Assembly (NCBI GenBank): GCA_963664195.1
Contig: OY760907.1
Span: 2,080,001 to 2,144,000, forward strand
Direction: 5' to 3'
Length of the DNA: 64,000 nt
Source of the DNA: an uncultured candidate division Zixibacteria bacterium
GTDB taxonomy: Bacteria > Zixibacteria > MSB-5A5 > GN15 > FEB-12
The translations under genes were made by a program, and so were the position numbers. Positions 11,078 to 20,265 of this stretch are shown here, piece after piece. Under the pieces are notes generated by a model. The model was not told the origin of the DNA and ran no database searches. It worked only from the letters and a program-made list of their open reading frames with translations. Positions within the stretch are counted from its first letter, which is position 1. Each line of letters starts with the position of its first letter.

Positions 11078-11162
11078 GACGACCTCCTTGGGGATGTAAG
11101 TTGCAGACAGTATACGTACAGGATCATTACGATGGCAAGCACAAGAAGTATGGGGGATATCG

Positions 11163-11192
11163 AAAAACCCCCGCCTTTGAGGAGGCGGGGGA
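11163..11192 (-). terminator. Intrinsic terminator
   Basis: Minus strand reads CCCCCGCC-TCCTCAAA-GGCGGGGG-TTTTT, downstream of 11230..11730. Confidence 0.75.
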
Positions 11193-11229
11193 GTGACCGA
11201 CCTTGTGTGATTTGCCTTTTGGGCAAATG

Positions 11230-11730
11230 CTATTTCGCGTGTTCGTACTTGTACTCGACCTTCTCCTTTGCTAGCGTTTTCATCTCTTCGTTGCTGCGTG
11301 TCGCCCATTGTTGGACCTCGTCGATGACATCGGGATCGCTTGAAGTCATCAGCGTGACGCTACCGTGCTTGGTCGGTACTATCTCGTATTTGAGACCTTG
11401 AGTGAACATGGAATTGAGGCTGCTGCACATTTTGCAGAGATGCACTTTTTCTCCTTTTTCCAGCCTGGCGCCTACAGCTTCCATGTCCTTGCTGGCCTCT
11501 TTGTACGCTTTCATGTACGGTTCCCTGACCGTACACACGGTCACGACGCCATTTTCGATGTTGTGGCGCTCAACGGTCATGTTGTCCATCAGCCCCTTGT
11601 GTGCCGCCAGCGTTTTGCACATCTCGCATGATGACATGTCGATCCACTTCTCATCTCCGGCACCGACGGACGAGGCTATTGCAGTCAGCCCGAATACGAG
11701 TATCAAGGCGACTCTCGCTGCATTGTTCAT
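11230..11730 (-). CDS. Secreted hypothetical protein with two CxxC motifs
   Basis: Signal peptide; CEMC and CKMC; Met/His-rich; GGGAG RBS. Confidence 0.75.
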   Translation of the reverse strand: MNNAARVALILVFGLTAIASSVGAGDEKWIDMSSCEMCKTLAAHKGLMDNMTVERHNIENGVVTVCTVREPYMKAYKEASKDMEAVGARLEKGEKVHLCKMCSSLNSMFTQGLKYEIVPTKHGSVTLMTSSDPDVIDEVQQWATRSNEEMKTLAKEKVEYKYEHAK

Positions 11731-11970
11731 CTGTACACTCCCTTGTTTCAGTCTACTGACCGGGTTAGAATAAATACGGATTCTATTGCACTATCGGGTG
11801 ACTAAAAGACTGCCCGTCGGTATCGGAGGGCGACGCTGGTGCGGTGCGGTAACTGCATGTGAAAGAGACGCTTACGCGCATTATGCGACCGACTGCCGGC
11901 CGTTGAGTTGCGACCGGCCTTGACAGAATGGGCTTGTTGGAGTTGATTCAACTGATATGCACGAGGGAAC

Positions 11971-13104
11971 ATGAGAGTACTTGCATTAGAACCGTACCAC
12001 GGCGGCAGCCATCGGGCGTTTCTCGATGGCTGGTCGTCGGTCAGTCGCCACAGTTGGTCTGTGATCGGTTTGCCGCCCCATCAGTGGAAATGGCGTATGC
12101 GCCACGCACCGCTTACGCTTTCCGATATCGTGAACGAACGTGCTGCCGGGGGAGAAAGTTGGGACGTCCTGTTTTGCTCGGATATGCTCAGTCTGGCCGA
12201 ATTCAAGGGCCTGGTCGACCCCGAGGTGGCCAAGCTTCCGGCCGTAGCCTACTTCCACGAGAACCAACTAACGTATCCCGTGCGTCGCGAGTCGGAACGA
12301 GATATACACTTTGCATTTACGAACTTTACAACCGCACGGGCGGCCGACGAAGTCTGGTTCAATAGCGAGTTTCATCGGCAGGAGTTCCTGCAGGCACTTC
12401 AAAGTCTTTTGGCGCGCATGCCTGACTTCACGTGGAGTGAGACGCTCAGCGAGATCAAAGACAAGTCAGTCGTGCGTTCTCAGGGCATCAGCCCGGTTGC
12501 GTCTAACGCCGGCGTCCGCGCGAAGCCGCCGCTCATTCTCTGGGCGGCTCGCTGGGAGCACGACAAAAATCCGGAAATGTTCTTCAAGGCGATATCTTTG
12601 CTGAGTTCGGAAGCGAAGGTGTTTCGGGTCAGTGTGATAGGCGAATCATTTCGCGAGGTGCCGCCGGTTTTTCAGACTGCCAGGAAGCTACTGGGTGAAC
12701 GTGTTGTCAGGTGGGGTTATCAGGAGAATCGACAGGACTACGAGACCGCACTGGCTGAGGCGGACATCATAGTGTCGACTGCCGACCACGAATTCTTTGG
12801 TGTCAGTGCCGTTGAGGCGATATCCGCGGGTGCGTATCCGTTACTCCCGCATCGGCTGGCATATCCGGAAGTTCTTGGCACCAAAGGCGGAAGGGCCAAC
12901 GGTCAGTTCTTCTATGACGGCAGCCTTGAGCAGCTTGTACGCAGGTTGGATGGATTGCTGACCCTTGCGGAGCACGACAATCTCTGGGAGGGCAGTCCTG
13001 ATCGGGCATGCTCTTTAGTCGAGAGGTATTATTGGGAAAACCTTGTACCGGAACTGGATGACGGTCTTGACCGGCTTGCCGGGGGGGACGATAGCGCCAG
13101 ATGA
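11971..13104 (+). CDS. GT-B glycosyltransferase, DUF3524 / GTDC1 (QTMAN)-like
   Basis: EPYHGGSH, WKWRMR, YFHENQLTYP, FNSEFH, RWEHDKNP, HEFFGVS..EA, RLAYPE. Confidence 0.85.
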   Translation: MRVLALEPYHGGSHRAFLDGWSSVSRHSWSVIGLPPHQWKWRMRHAPLTLSDIVNERAAGGESWDVLFCSDMLSLAEFKGLVDPEVAKLPAVAYFHENQLTYPVRRESERDIHFAFTNFTTARAADEVWFNSEFHRQEFLQALQSLLARMPDFTWSETLSEIKDKSVVRSQGISPVASNAGVRAKPPLILWAARWEHDKNPEMFFKAISLLSSEAKVFRVSVIGESFREVPPVFQTARKLLGERVVRWGYQENRQDYETALAEADIIVSTADHEFFGVSAVEAISAGAYPLLPHRLAYPEVLGTKGGRANGQFFYDGSLEQLVRRLDGLLTLAEHDNLWEGSPDRACSLVERYYWENLVPELDDGLDRLAGGDDSAR

Positions 13105-13940
13105 AGATGACTCCCGGCGTCAAGTACATCATCCTATCTACGATCTTCTTTGCGTTTATGAACATCGGGGTCAAGTACCTTGAGAATATCCCTGCCCATG
13201 AAGTCGTATTCTTTCGAGCGCTGGTGTCGTTGATCGTATGCTACGGTATGGTGCGGGCAAAAGGATTGAATCCGTGGGGGAACAACAGGCCGATACTCAT
13301 TGCCAGGGGACTCGCCGGTACTGCTGCATTGACGATGTATTTCTACACCTTGCAGCACATGCCGCTGGCCAGCGCGGTGACTATCCAGTATCTCAACCCG
13401 ATTTTCACTATCATCATTGCCGGTGTGATGCTCAAAGAGACCACCAGATGGGTTCAATGGGTGTTCTTTCTCGTGTCGTTTACCGGGATACTGCTTATAA
13501 AGGGATTCGATCCGAGAGTGTCGCCGTTTTATCTCTTACTCGGAGTGGCGGCGGCTGTCTGTTCCGGATTCGCCTACAATTTCATTCGGAAGCTCAAAGA
13601 TGAGGACCACCCGTTGGTGGTCGTGTTTTACTTTCCGCTGGTGACGGTGCCGATTATCGGTTACTACACGCTTACGCACTGGGTGCAGCCCAACCTGAGC
13701 GAGTGGCTGATCCTGATCGGGATTGGTCTCGCGGTGACGGTCGCACAGGTCTATATGACCAAGGCGTACCAGCTTGAGCGGGCTGCCAATGTCAGTAATT
13801 TCAACTACCTGGGGACTGTGTACGCAATTCTCCTCGGTTTCTTTTTGTTTGGCGAGACGGTCAGCCTATTGGCTTTCGGTGGGATGGCGCTCATCGTTTT
13901 TGGTGTTATGATGGGATCACGTTTCCGTCAGCCGTCATAA
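13101..13940 (+). CDS. EamA/DMT-family transporter
   Basis: About 10 TM helices in two repeats, EVVFFR, FLFGE; ATGA overlap with the glycosyltransferase. Confidence 0.9.
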   Translation: MKMTPGVKYIILSTIFFAFMNIGVKYLENIPAHEVVFFRALVSLIVCYGMVRAKGLNPWGNNRPILIARGLAGTAALTMYFYTLQHMPLASAVTIQYLNPIFTIIIAGVMLKETTRWVQWVFFLVSFTGILLIKGFDPRVSPFYLLLGVAAAVCSGFAYNFIRKLKDEDHPLVVVFYFPLVTVPIIGYYTLTHWVQPNLSEWLILIGIGLAVTVAQVYMTKAYQLERAANVSNFNYLGTVYAILLGFFLFGETVSLLAFGGMALIVFGVMMGSRFRQPS

Positions 13941-14029
13941 TGATTGCGTTTTGGGCTCAGGTAGTTCTGAATCTTCCCCGCCATTCAGCCGATAACAAGA
14001 GAAAGAATCAGATTTGTAGGGGCTGAGCT

Positions 14030-14329
14030 GTGGGTATATTTTCTAAAAAAGACGACAAAAAGGCGGTTGATCCGGTAACACTTGATAAATCGGTGTACGT
14101 CTCCGATGCGAGGATTGACCGGGCCGGTAACGGCTGGAAGCGCAAGAGCCTTTGGATCAGGCAGGAGCATCTGGGCAAGCTCAAAGCATTGGGACATTTC
14201 GAGGGGAAGACCGTTCCCGAACTGCTCGACCGTGCGTTGAGTGAGTTTCTGGCCAAGGAGTGGGATGATTCTAGAGCCATGAAGCTGGTTGTGGGCAAGT
14301 CAATCAAGAAAAAGACGGTAAATATCTAG
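14030..14329 (+). CDS. Small protein with probable ribbon-helix-helix domain
   Basis: KRKSLWI beta strand followed by two helices (EHLGKLKALG / VPELLDRALSEFL). Confidence 0.6.
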   Translation: MGIFSKKDDKKAVDPVTLDKSVYVSDARIDRAGNGWKRKSLWIRQEHLGKLKALGHFEGKTVPELLDRALSEFLAKEWDDSRAMKLVVGKSIKKKTVNI

Positions 14330-14510
14330 CGTGATTTTCTAGCGGAACTCCATCTAACGTGTCCTTTCTTCTGAAGATCTCCCGGTGGGGCTAGGATGCA
14401 CTGTTTTTGTGCGCGACAGTCTGGGGTTCGCACAGTTACTGTGCGCTAACGTAGCTCGCGATATCTATAAACGCTGCTTATTGCGTTGTTAAGCAACGAG
14501 TTGCGATCTG

Positions 14511-14526
14511 CGGCATGTCGTTTGCT
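14511..14526 (+). promoter_or_regulatory. Putative sigma54 (-24/-12) promoter
   Basis: CGGCAT-GTCGT-TTGCT, exact GG-N10-GC spacing, about 90 nt upstream of the beta-barrel gene. Confidence 0.6.
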
Positions 14527-14612
14527 GTGTGATGGTCAATTAAACAGCCGGTAGCATGTCCGGCGCATCACAACTTTAGATAAATATCCTGTGTGAATGC
14601 AGGGGAGGCCAC

Positions 14613-15309
14613 AATGGACTTTCGAATTTCTGCGCTGGCTCGCGTGTTTGCCATTGCCGCTGGTGCGATTTTGCTATTTGCGGGTTTGTGTACCGGTACA
14701 GACACGAACTCTTTGAAAAAGGGATCATGGGCGATGCAATTCCAGATCACCGACGACTTCAATCTCGACTCTTTTCAGGGTAGCACCCTGTCACTCAAGA
14801 AGCACACTTCCGATGGCAAAGCTTGGCGGATGGGGATGACGCTGGATTTCAGCACCAATGACCGTGAAGACGAGATATTCTATGACGACACCCTGAGCAA
14901 CTCCCAGGATCAGGAGGCTAACGGCCAGTATGTTCAACTGTCGATTCAACGAGTTTTCTACTCACGTCCCGGTAACAGGGCGAGCTTGTTCTACGGGCTG
15001 GGTCCCATGGCGAGCTATCGTCACACCGAGACGACCAGGACTACTGACACGTACGGGGGGCAGACGGACGAGAACGATTCCAAGGACTGGTCGGCAGGAT
15101 TGGCCGGTTTCGTTGGAGTAGAGTGGTTCGCGACCGAAAGCATCAGCATTCTGGCCGAGTACGGTGCTGCGTTCACCTACCACCACTCGGATAGAACCAC
15201 AATGTCGCGGAGGGCCGACCCCGATCAGAGCAGAAGGAACGAGAGTGAGACACACGGCTACGATTTTGATCCCGCTGCAATAAAACTCGGTTTGTCAGTG
15301 TATTTCTAA
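14613..15309 (+). CDS. Outer-membrane beta-barrel protein
   Basis: Signal peptide, alternating amphipathic strands (GVEWF..ISILAEY), C-terminal LGLSVYF beta-signal; GGAGG RBS just before the MDFRIS start (about 14613-14614). Confidence 0.78.
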
Positions 15310-15332
15310 CGTTGGGCGCGCGAGTTTTTTTC

Positions 15333-15356
15333 GAACCTTATCTCGGACTGTGCGTT
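15333..15356 (+). promoter_or_regulatory. Putative ECF sigma-factor promoter
   Basis: GAAC-N16-CGTT directly upstream of the structured 15363-15519 element. Confidence 0.45.
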
Positions 15357-15362
15357 TAATGA

Positions 15363-15519
15363 GGTACACAAGAAAGGAGGTGGTCTTATTAGATATACAA
15401 AAACATGTGAGGTGACTGATACTTAGTCGCCACCTCGACAAACTTATGTTGGGGAAGCGCTAAGTAAATCCCAACAGTTTACCGGCCTGACGGTTTCATA
15501 GAGACCGTCAGGTTTTTTT
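15363..15519 (+). ncRNA. Candidate small structured RNA or micro-peptide transcript
   Basis: Perfect SD AAAGGAGGTG, anti-SD CCACCTC, two internal hairpins and a terminator; no conventional ORF. Confidence 0.4.
15486..15519 (+). terminator. Intrinsic terminator
   Basis: CCTGACGGTTTC-ATA-GAGACCGTCAGG followed by T7. Confidence 0.85.
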
Positions 15520-15555
15520 GTGGGCGAAACAAGTATCCCTGGGTCAAGCGGGAGC

Positions 15556-15637
15556 TGTGAGGCCGGGGCAGACGAGGGCGTCTGCCGCCCACAACAGAAG
15601 TTGTGAGGCCGGGGCAGATTATCATCTGCCGCCCACA
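15556..15637. repeat. Two tandem REP-like palindromic units
   Basis: TGTGAGGCCGGGGCAGA(C/T)-loop-(G/A)TCTGCCGCCCACA at 15556-15593 and 15602-15637. Confidence 0.7.
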
Positions 15638-15751
15638 GAATTCTAAGGTCAAGCAGTAGCTATGACCGGCACGGTTCCATCCCTGCCGCATATCACGGGA
15701 CGCCGTCAGGGGTGGAACCCCGACGATCACAGGGCGGGATGTTGCGTTTCT

Positions 15752-16216
15752 CTACCCGATTGCTTTCAACCGCTCGACCACAATCTCCGACACCTGTTCA
15801 AGCATTTTGCGGTCCATGTCCGAGAAATTGTGCGGGTTGTCCGAATCGATGTCGATCTCTCCGATGCAAGTCTCGCCGTCCATGAGCGGCACGACGATTT
15901 CCGACCGGGTACTAATTGAGCACGCAAGAAAACGCGGGTCGGACCGAACATCGTCAACGATAATACTCTCTTTTTTGAAAGCTGCCGCGCCACAGATACC
16001 GGCATCCAGTTCGATTTTGACGTGATCTGTTTTTGGACCGATATACGGACCGACTTCGAGAATACCATCCCGCATCATATAGAATCCGGTCCAATTGAAG
16101 TCTTCGGAGTAACCGTCGATCAACTCGGCCGCAGCCTGTAGTATTTCCGTTTCCGTATCGTAGGAGGCGATAGCGATTCTTATGTTGTCAACCAGCTGGC
16201 GTCGGTCGTTTTCCAT
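15752..16216 (-). CDS. GAF-domain protein, free methionine-(R)-sulfoxide reductase-like
   Basis: NWTGFY, VGPYIG, GICG, FLACS..RSEIVVP, IDIDS; the first Cys of the E. coli-type enzyme is absent. Confidence 0.8.
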   Translation of the reverse strand: MENDRRQLVDNIRIAIASYDTETEILQAAAELIDGYSEDFNWTGFYMMRDGILEVGPYIGPKTDHVKIELDAGICGAAAFKKESIIVDDVRSDPRFLACSISTRSEIVVPLMDGETCIGEIDIDSDNPHNFSDMDRKMLEQVSEIVVERLKAIG

Positions 16217-17217
16217 TACAGTCTCTTTCTAATAGCGTGCAGGTTGTTTTTGGATACTTCCGGCGGAACCACGCAGCCCGGCCCGATAACGAGCCGCGAA
16301 CGCTCGAACCGGTCTTTGAGTTCATCAATCTTCCTGGCGATCTCGTCAGGATTGGCGTGCAACAGCCAGCCGTTGTGGTCGACCCCGCCCACCAGTGCCG
16401 GTTTGTCTATCGTCTCCATAGCCTTGTCCATCGGCAGATTGGTCGGATCACCGTCGTCCCAGTTCCACAGGTCCGCCTCAAGTTCCGGTACCGCTGTCAG
16501 TTCCTTGAGATGGTTGTTGCTTCCGCAGACATGGAAAAGATTAATGGCATCGGACTCGGCAGCCTGCAGGATTTCCAGATCATAAGGGAGCACAAACCGT
16601 TTATACTCGTCCCAGGTCAGCCAGTCGGCGGAGCCCCATTGGAGCGTGGCGTAGAAAAGGCCGTCGGCCCCGGCATTGCGAAGCTCCGATGCGAACGGCA
16701 CGAATGTATCGGTAATGGCTCTAATTGCCGACTCGACTATTTCCGGCTCAGTCCGCAGATGTTCCACAAACGCCTTTTTGTCTTCGATCATGCGGCCTGC
16801 TATTCCCAGCGGAGTGAACAGGGTCATCAGCAGAGGAAGCTCACGGTCTGAGCGGTGCTTGATTTTCGCTACTGCTTTAAGATGTTCAGCCAGAGCCGGG
16901 GCAGCGAGGTCTTTCGGTTTTATTTTGGTCCAGTCATCGATTGTTTTCACCGGGAAGGCAAGTTTCTCGTGCTTTCTGAATTCGTCGTGGGACCAGGAGG
17001 ACTTGAGGCCCCAATCCTCAATATGAAAGTCTGCACGGGGATTGATCTTCATGAAGTCCCAGTCGAACTCCTTTTGCCACGCGAGCATGGATTCGACCAG
17101 GCCGTCGCAATGGTGTTCCATGTGGAAGAAGTGTCGCCAGAATGACGCGGCAAAGCGATCCGGCGTTTCACCGGCAATGATCATCTGCAATCGTTCGCGA
17201 TGGGAGAATTTATCCAT
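16216..17217 (-). CDS. Uroporphyrinogen decarboxylase-like (URO-D/CIMS superfamily) protein
   Basis: SHRERL start, GADGLF, FHVCG, GGVD, IGPGCVVP. Confidence 0.75.
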   Translation of the reverse strand: MDKFSHRERLQMIIAGETPDRFAASFWRHFFHMEHHCDGLVESMLAWQKEFDWDFMKINPRADFHIEDWGLKSSWSHDEFRKHEKLAFPVKTIDDWTKIKPKDLAAPALAEHLKAVAKIKHRSDRELPLLMTLFTPLGIAGRMIEDKKAFVEHLRTEPEIVESAIRAITDTFVPFASELRNAGADGLFYATLQWGSADWLTWDEYKRFVLPYDLEILQAAESDAINLFHVCGSNNHLKELTAVPELEADLWNWDDGDPTNLPMDKAMETIDKPALVGGVDHNGWLLHANPDEIARKIDELKDRFERSRLVIGPGCVVPPEVSKNNLHAIRKRL

Positions 17218-17440
17218 ACCCTGACCTGTTGTGCTCCGACATCTCCGGTAACCGGCTTCAGCCTGTAACTCCCGATAGGTGCCAGAAGTTTACGCCAAAT
17301 ATACGCGGGTTGCAGGCGGCGGTCAATCGTCTGTTAAAAGAATGAGCAGAACGTTGTCAACCCGTTCAGCCTGCGATTGTTATGCCGAAAAAGCTCTGTA
17401 TACGGGTGAAACAGCGACAACCGGGTTATCGGGAGAATCT

Positions 17441-18844
17441 ATGCCTGCTCGAATTCTTGTGATTGATGACGAAGACTCGATGTGCAGCTTCATGGAAATC
17501 ATGCTGCTCAAGGAGGGGTATGAAGTCGCTTCCACTACTTCGCCCCGGGAAGGTGTCGACCGTCTCAGAAACGAGAACTACGACCTGGTGATAGCGGACT
17601 TGAGTATGCCGGAGATGACCGGTATTGACGTGCTCAAAGAAGTCAAGTCGTTTAAGAATGAGCAGGAGTTCATCGTGATGACCGCCTTCGCTTCGGTCGA
17701 CACGGCCATTGAGGCGATGAAACAGGGCGCGGCAGACTACGTGACAAAGCCGTTCAAGGTCGATGAGATCAAGATAGTTATCGAGAAGTCATTGAACCGT
17801 CGCAAGTTAATCGGCGAAAACACGACTCTCAAAAAACAACTCCAGGAAGATTTTTCAGTCAAGAATTTCATTGGCAACTGCGAGTCAGTGGTGAAGATGA
17901 AGAAGCTCGTCAAGCGGGTGGCCGGTTCTGATTCGACCGTGCTGATTCGTGGAGAGTCAGGCGTCGGCAAAGACCTGATCGCCCGGGCGATTCACAGTCT
18001 GTCGCCTCGTTGCAGTGGGCCGTTTGTCACCATAAACTGCGCGGCGCTGCCGGAATCGCTGCTTGAGTCCGAGCTGTTCGGCCACAAGAAAGGCTCGTTT
18101 ACCGGTGCCGTGAGAGACAAAGAGGGTCTATTCAAGGTAGCGAGCGGCGGGACGTTCTTCCTTGATGAGGTTGGCAATACTTCGCTGTCCATTCAGGTCA
18201 AGCTGCTTCGGGTACTCGAAGACAAGAAAATCACGCCGGTCGGGGAGACCACGCCTATAGATGTTGATGTTCGCTTGATTGCTGCCACGAACGCTGAGTT
18301 GGAGGAGGATGTCCGGGCGGGACGGTTTCGCAACGATCTATTCTATCGCCTGAACGTGATTCCGGTCACAATTCCACCGCTTCGTGATCGCAAGGAAGAT
18401 TTGCCGCTCCTGGTGGATGCCTTTGTGTCGAAGTTTTGTTCCAGCACCAACGTGCCCGTTAAGGCTGTGTCCGAAAAGGCGATGGAAGTGCTGCTTCGAT
18501 ATGGCTGGCCCGGCAACGTGCGTGAACTCGAGAACATTATAGAGCGGGCGGTACTGCTGAATCGTTCGAGTCAGTTGGAGCCGGTTGATTTTCCCGAGAA
18601 GCTCTCTGAACCGGCATCCGTGCAGGTTGTCTCGGAGGAAACGCCCAAGAACCCGACGCTCGAGTCGATAGAAAAAGCCTATATACATTTTGTCATGAGC
18701 CAGACCGACGGCAAAAAGACCGAGGCGGCAAAAATACTTGGTATTGATACCTCGACATTGTACAGGAAAATCCAGCGATACAACCTGAAAAACGACACGG
18801 CAGAGACCGGGACCAAGGAAAAGGCCACCTCTGGTGCAGTATAG
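17441..18844 (+). CDS. Sigma54-dependent response regulator (REC-AAA+-Fis HTH), PilR-like
   Basis: IDDE..D..MP..G receiver, GESGVGKD, ESELFGH..GSFTGA, FLDEVG, RNDLFYRL, WPGNVREL, LGIDTSTLYRK; start at ATG 17441. Confidence 0.92.
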   Translation: MPARILVIDDEDSMCSFMEIMLLKEGYEVASTTSPREGVDRLRNENYDLVIADLSMPEMTGIDVLKEVKSFKNEQEFIVMTAFASVDTAIEAMKQGAADYVTKPFKVDEIKIVIEKSLNRRKLIGENTTLKKQLQEDFSVKNFIGNCESVVKMKKLVKRVAGSDSTVLIRGESGVGKDLIARAIHSLSPRCSGPFVTINCAALPESLLESELFGHKKGSFTGAVRDKEGLFKVASGGTFFLDEVGNTSLSIQVKLLRVLEDKKITPVGETTPIDVDVRLIAATNAELEEDVRAGRFRNDLFYRLNVIPVTIPPLRDRKEDLPLLVDAFVSKFCSSTNVPVKAVSEKAMEVLLRYGWPGNVRELENIIERAVLLNRSSQLEPVDFPEKLSEPASVQVVSEETPKNPTLESIEKAYIHFVMSQTDGKKTEAAKILGIDTSTLYRKIQRYNLKNDTAETGTKEKATSGAV

Positions 18845-18865
18845 CACTGAATTTGCGCAGGCGAT

Positions 18866-18880
18866 TGGAACGGGAATTGC
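18866..18880 (+). promoter_or_regulatory. Sigma54 promoter of pilin 1
   Basis: TGGAAC-GGGAA-TTGC, GG-N10-GC, about 50 nt before the start codon. Confidence 0.7.
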
Positions 18881-18929
18881 GGTTGTTAGCGCAGAATTGT
18901 TTCGCAAGCTGATACTGGGAAGGTGAATT

Positions 18930-19358
18930 ATGATCCGGAAACGCTCTAATGACCATGGCTTTACCCTCATCGAATTGATGATCGTTGTAGTGATCATAGG
19001 CATTCTCGCCGCGCTGGCCATTCCGAGGTTCTGGCAGTCGACTATTAAGACTCGTCAGTCCGAGGCCAAACTTGTCCTCAAGCAGGTATGTACCAGCCAG
19101 ATGTTGTACCGGGCCGCCTCACCGGCGAACAGCTATTTCATCACTGGTGCGGCCGCCAGCAGCACCAACCGTAACGCCTTCTCAGCGCTGGATATGCAGA
19201 TTGCTGCCAATGCCGAATATAGCTACACTATCACTGGTGACGCAAACAACTATGTCGCCACGGCGACGGCCAATCTCGACGGCGATGCGACCGTCGATAC
19301 CTGGACCATTGGTCCGTCGGGGGTCCTTGCCTGTACTTCAGATGACGCCTCAAGTTGA
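18930..19358 (+). CDS. Type IV pilin (pilin 1)
   Basis: G|FTLIELMIVVVIIGILAALAIP class III signal with E5 and P22; two Cys. Confidence 0.93.
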   Translation: MIRKRSNDHGFTLIELMIVVVIIGILAALAIPRFWQSTIKTRQSEAKLVLKQVCTSQMLYRAASPANSYFITGAAASSTNRNAFSALDMQIAANAEYSYTITGDANNYVATATANLDGDATVDTWTIGPSGVLACTSDDASS

Positions 19359-19386
19359 TGCCGCCAAAACGATCTCTGCAAGCTTC

Positions 19387-19414
19387 AAGGCGCCCTGTAT
19401 CGGGGCGCCTTTTT
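19387..19414 (+). terminator. Intrinsic terminator after pilin 1
   Basis: AAGGCGCCCTG-TAT-CGGGGCGCCTT followed by TTT. Confidence 0.8.
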
Positions 19415-19654
19415 CATTTTCCCAGGGTTGTCTGAACCTCAAACCGGCAGTACCTGCCGGCGGATCAAGCGGCCGCGTTTCTCCACTCCAATCCATTGCG
19501 TTTTGCAATGCCCTTGGCATTTTGCCTCATGCAAGTCCTGGAAATTTCGGAGATTATTATGGGGTTCTGTCTATACCTTTTGGATGCCTGGTTTAGTTGC
19601 TGTCTGACAACGGGTTGTGGCCGTCGCAGCCTGTTCAAAAAAAGTTGACGGCAA

Positions 19655-19669
19655 AGGCACAGGCTTTGC
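19655..19669 (+). promoter_or_regulatory. Sigma54 promoter of pilin 2
   Basis: AGGCAC-AGGCT-TTGC, GG-N10-GC; TTGC/GCAA-rich stretch at 19496-19534 is a possible enhancer. Confidence 0.72.
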
Positions 19670-19734
19670 GATAGCCAAGTGCAGAAGAAAAGACAATAAC
19701 GGAAGAAACCGTAAGTTACCTATTAGGAGGAACC

Positions 19735-20109
19735 ATGTTCCAGAAGTATCACAACCGTCAAAAAGGCTTCACGCTGATCGAGCTCATGATCGTGGTCGTC
19801 ATTATTGGTATTCTGGCCGCCCTGGCCATCCCGCGTTTCATGCAGGCTACCGTGAGAGCCAAAGAATCAGAAGCAAAGACGATCCTGAAGCAGATTTACA
19901 CTCTCGAGCGTACCTATCGTCAGCAGGCTGGCCAGTACACGACCGTATTGGCCGACATCGGCTTCCTGGCCCCGACCCAGTCAAAGTATGTGTATTCGGT
20001 GACGGCTGCGGCCGCGAACACGTTCACTGCCCAGGGTGCCCCGGATGGTAACGACGCTGACCTTATCACCACGTTTACGATTGATCAGGACGGCCAGATT
20101 CTTCCGTAA
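19735..20109 (+). CDS. pilA: Type IV pilin (pilin 2, probable major pilin)
   Basis: QKG|FTLIELMIVVVIIGILAALAIP; strong AGGAGG RBS; own promoter and terminator; no Cys. Confidence 0.9.
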   Translation: MFQKYHNRQKGFTLIELMIVVVIIGILAALAIPRFMQATVRAKESEAKTILKQIYTLERTYRQQAGQYTTVLADIGFLAPTQSKYVYSVTAAAANTFTAQGAPDGNDADLITTFTIDQDGQILP

Positions 20110-20141
20110 CCAGCCTGACAGAGTTACCAGATTCTGAACGC

Positions 20142-20174
20142 AAAAGCGTCCGCCTCAGGCGGGCGCTTTTTTTT
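20142..20174 (+). terminator. Intrinsic terminator after pilin 2
   Basis: AAAA-GCGTCCGCC-TCA-GGCGGGCGC-T8. Confidence 0.85.
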
Positions 20175-20265
20175 GTGCTCCCGGCCACCCGACGGTGTCC
20201 GCATACTCTTCCCCCACGAGTCATTTAAGTTGACCGGCTTGCAAGGCATCGCCTATATACTCCCT

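Noticed and set aside
11230..11730. c-type cytochrome
   Set aside because: The motifs are CxxCK and CxxCS, not CxxCH.
15556..15637. CRISPR array
   Set aside because: Only two units, an 8-nt gap, variation inside the hairpin loop, and no cas genes; better explained as REP-like.
18930..20109. Electrically conductive (e-pilin) assignment
   Set aside because: Hand counts of F/W/Y give 10/113 and 11/132, and both lack the aromatic at position 27 of Geobacter PilA. This is borderline, and no multiheme cytochromes are in the window.
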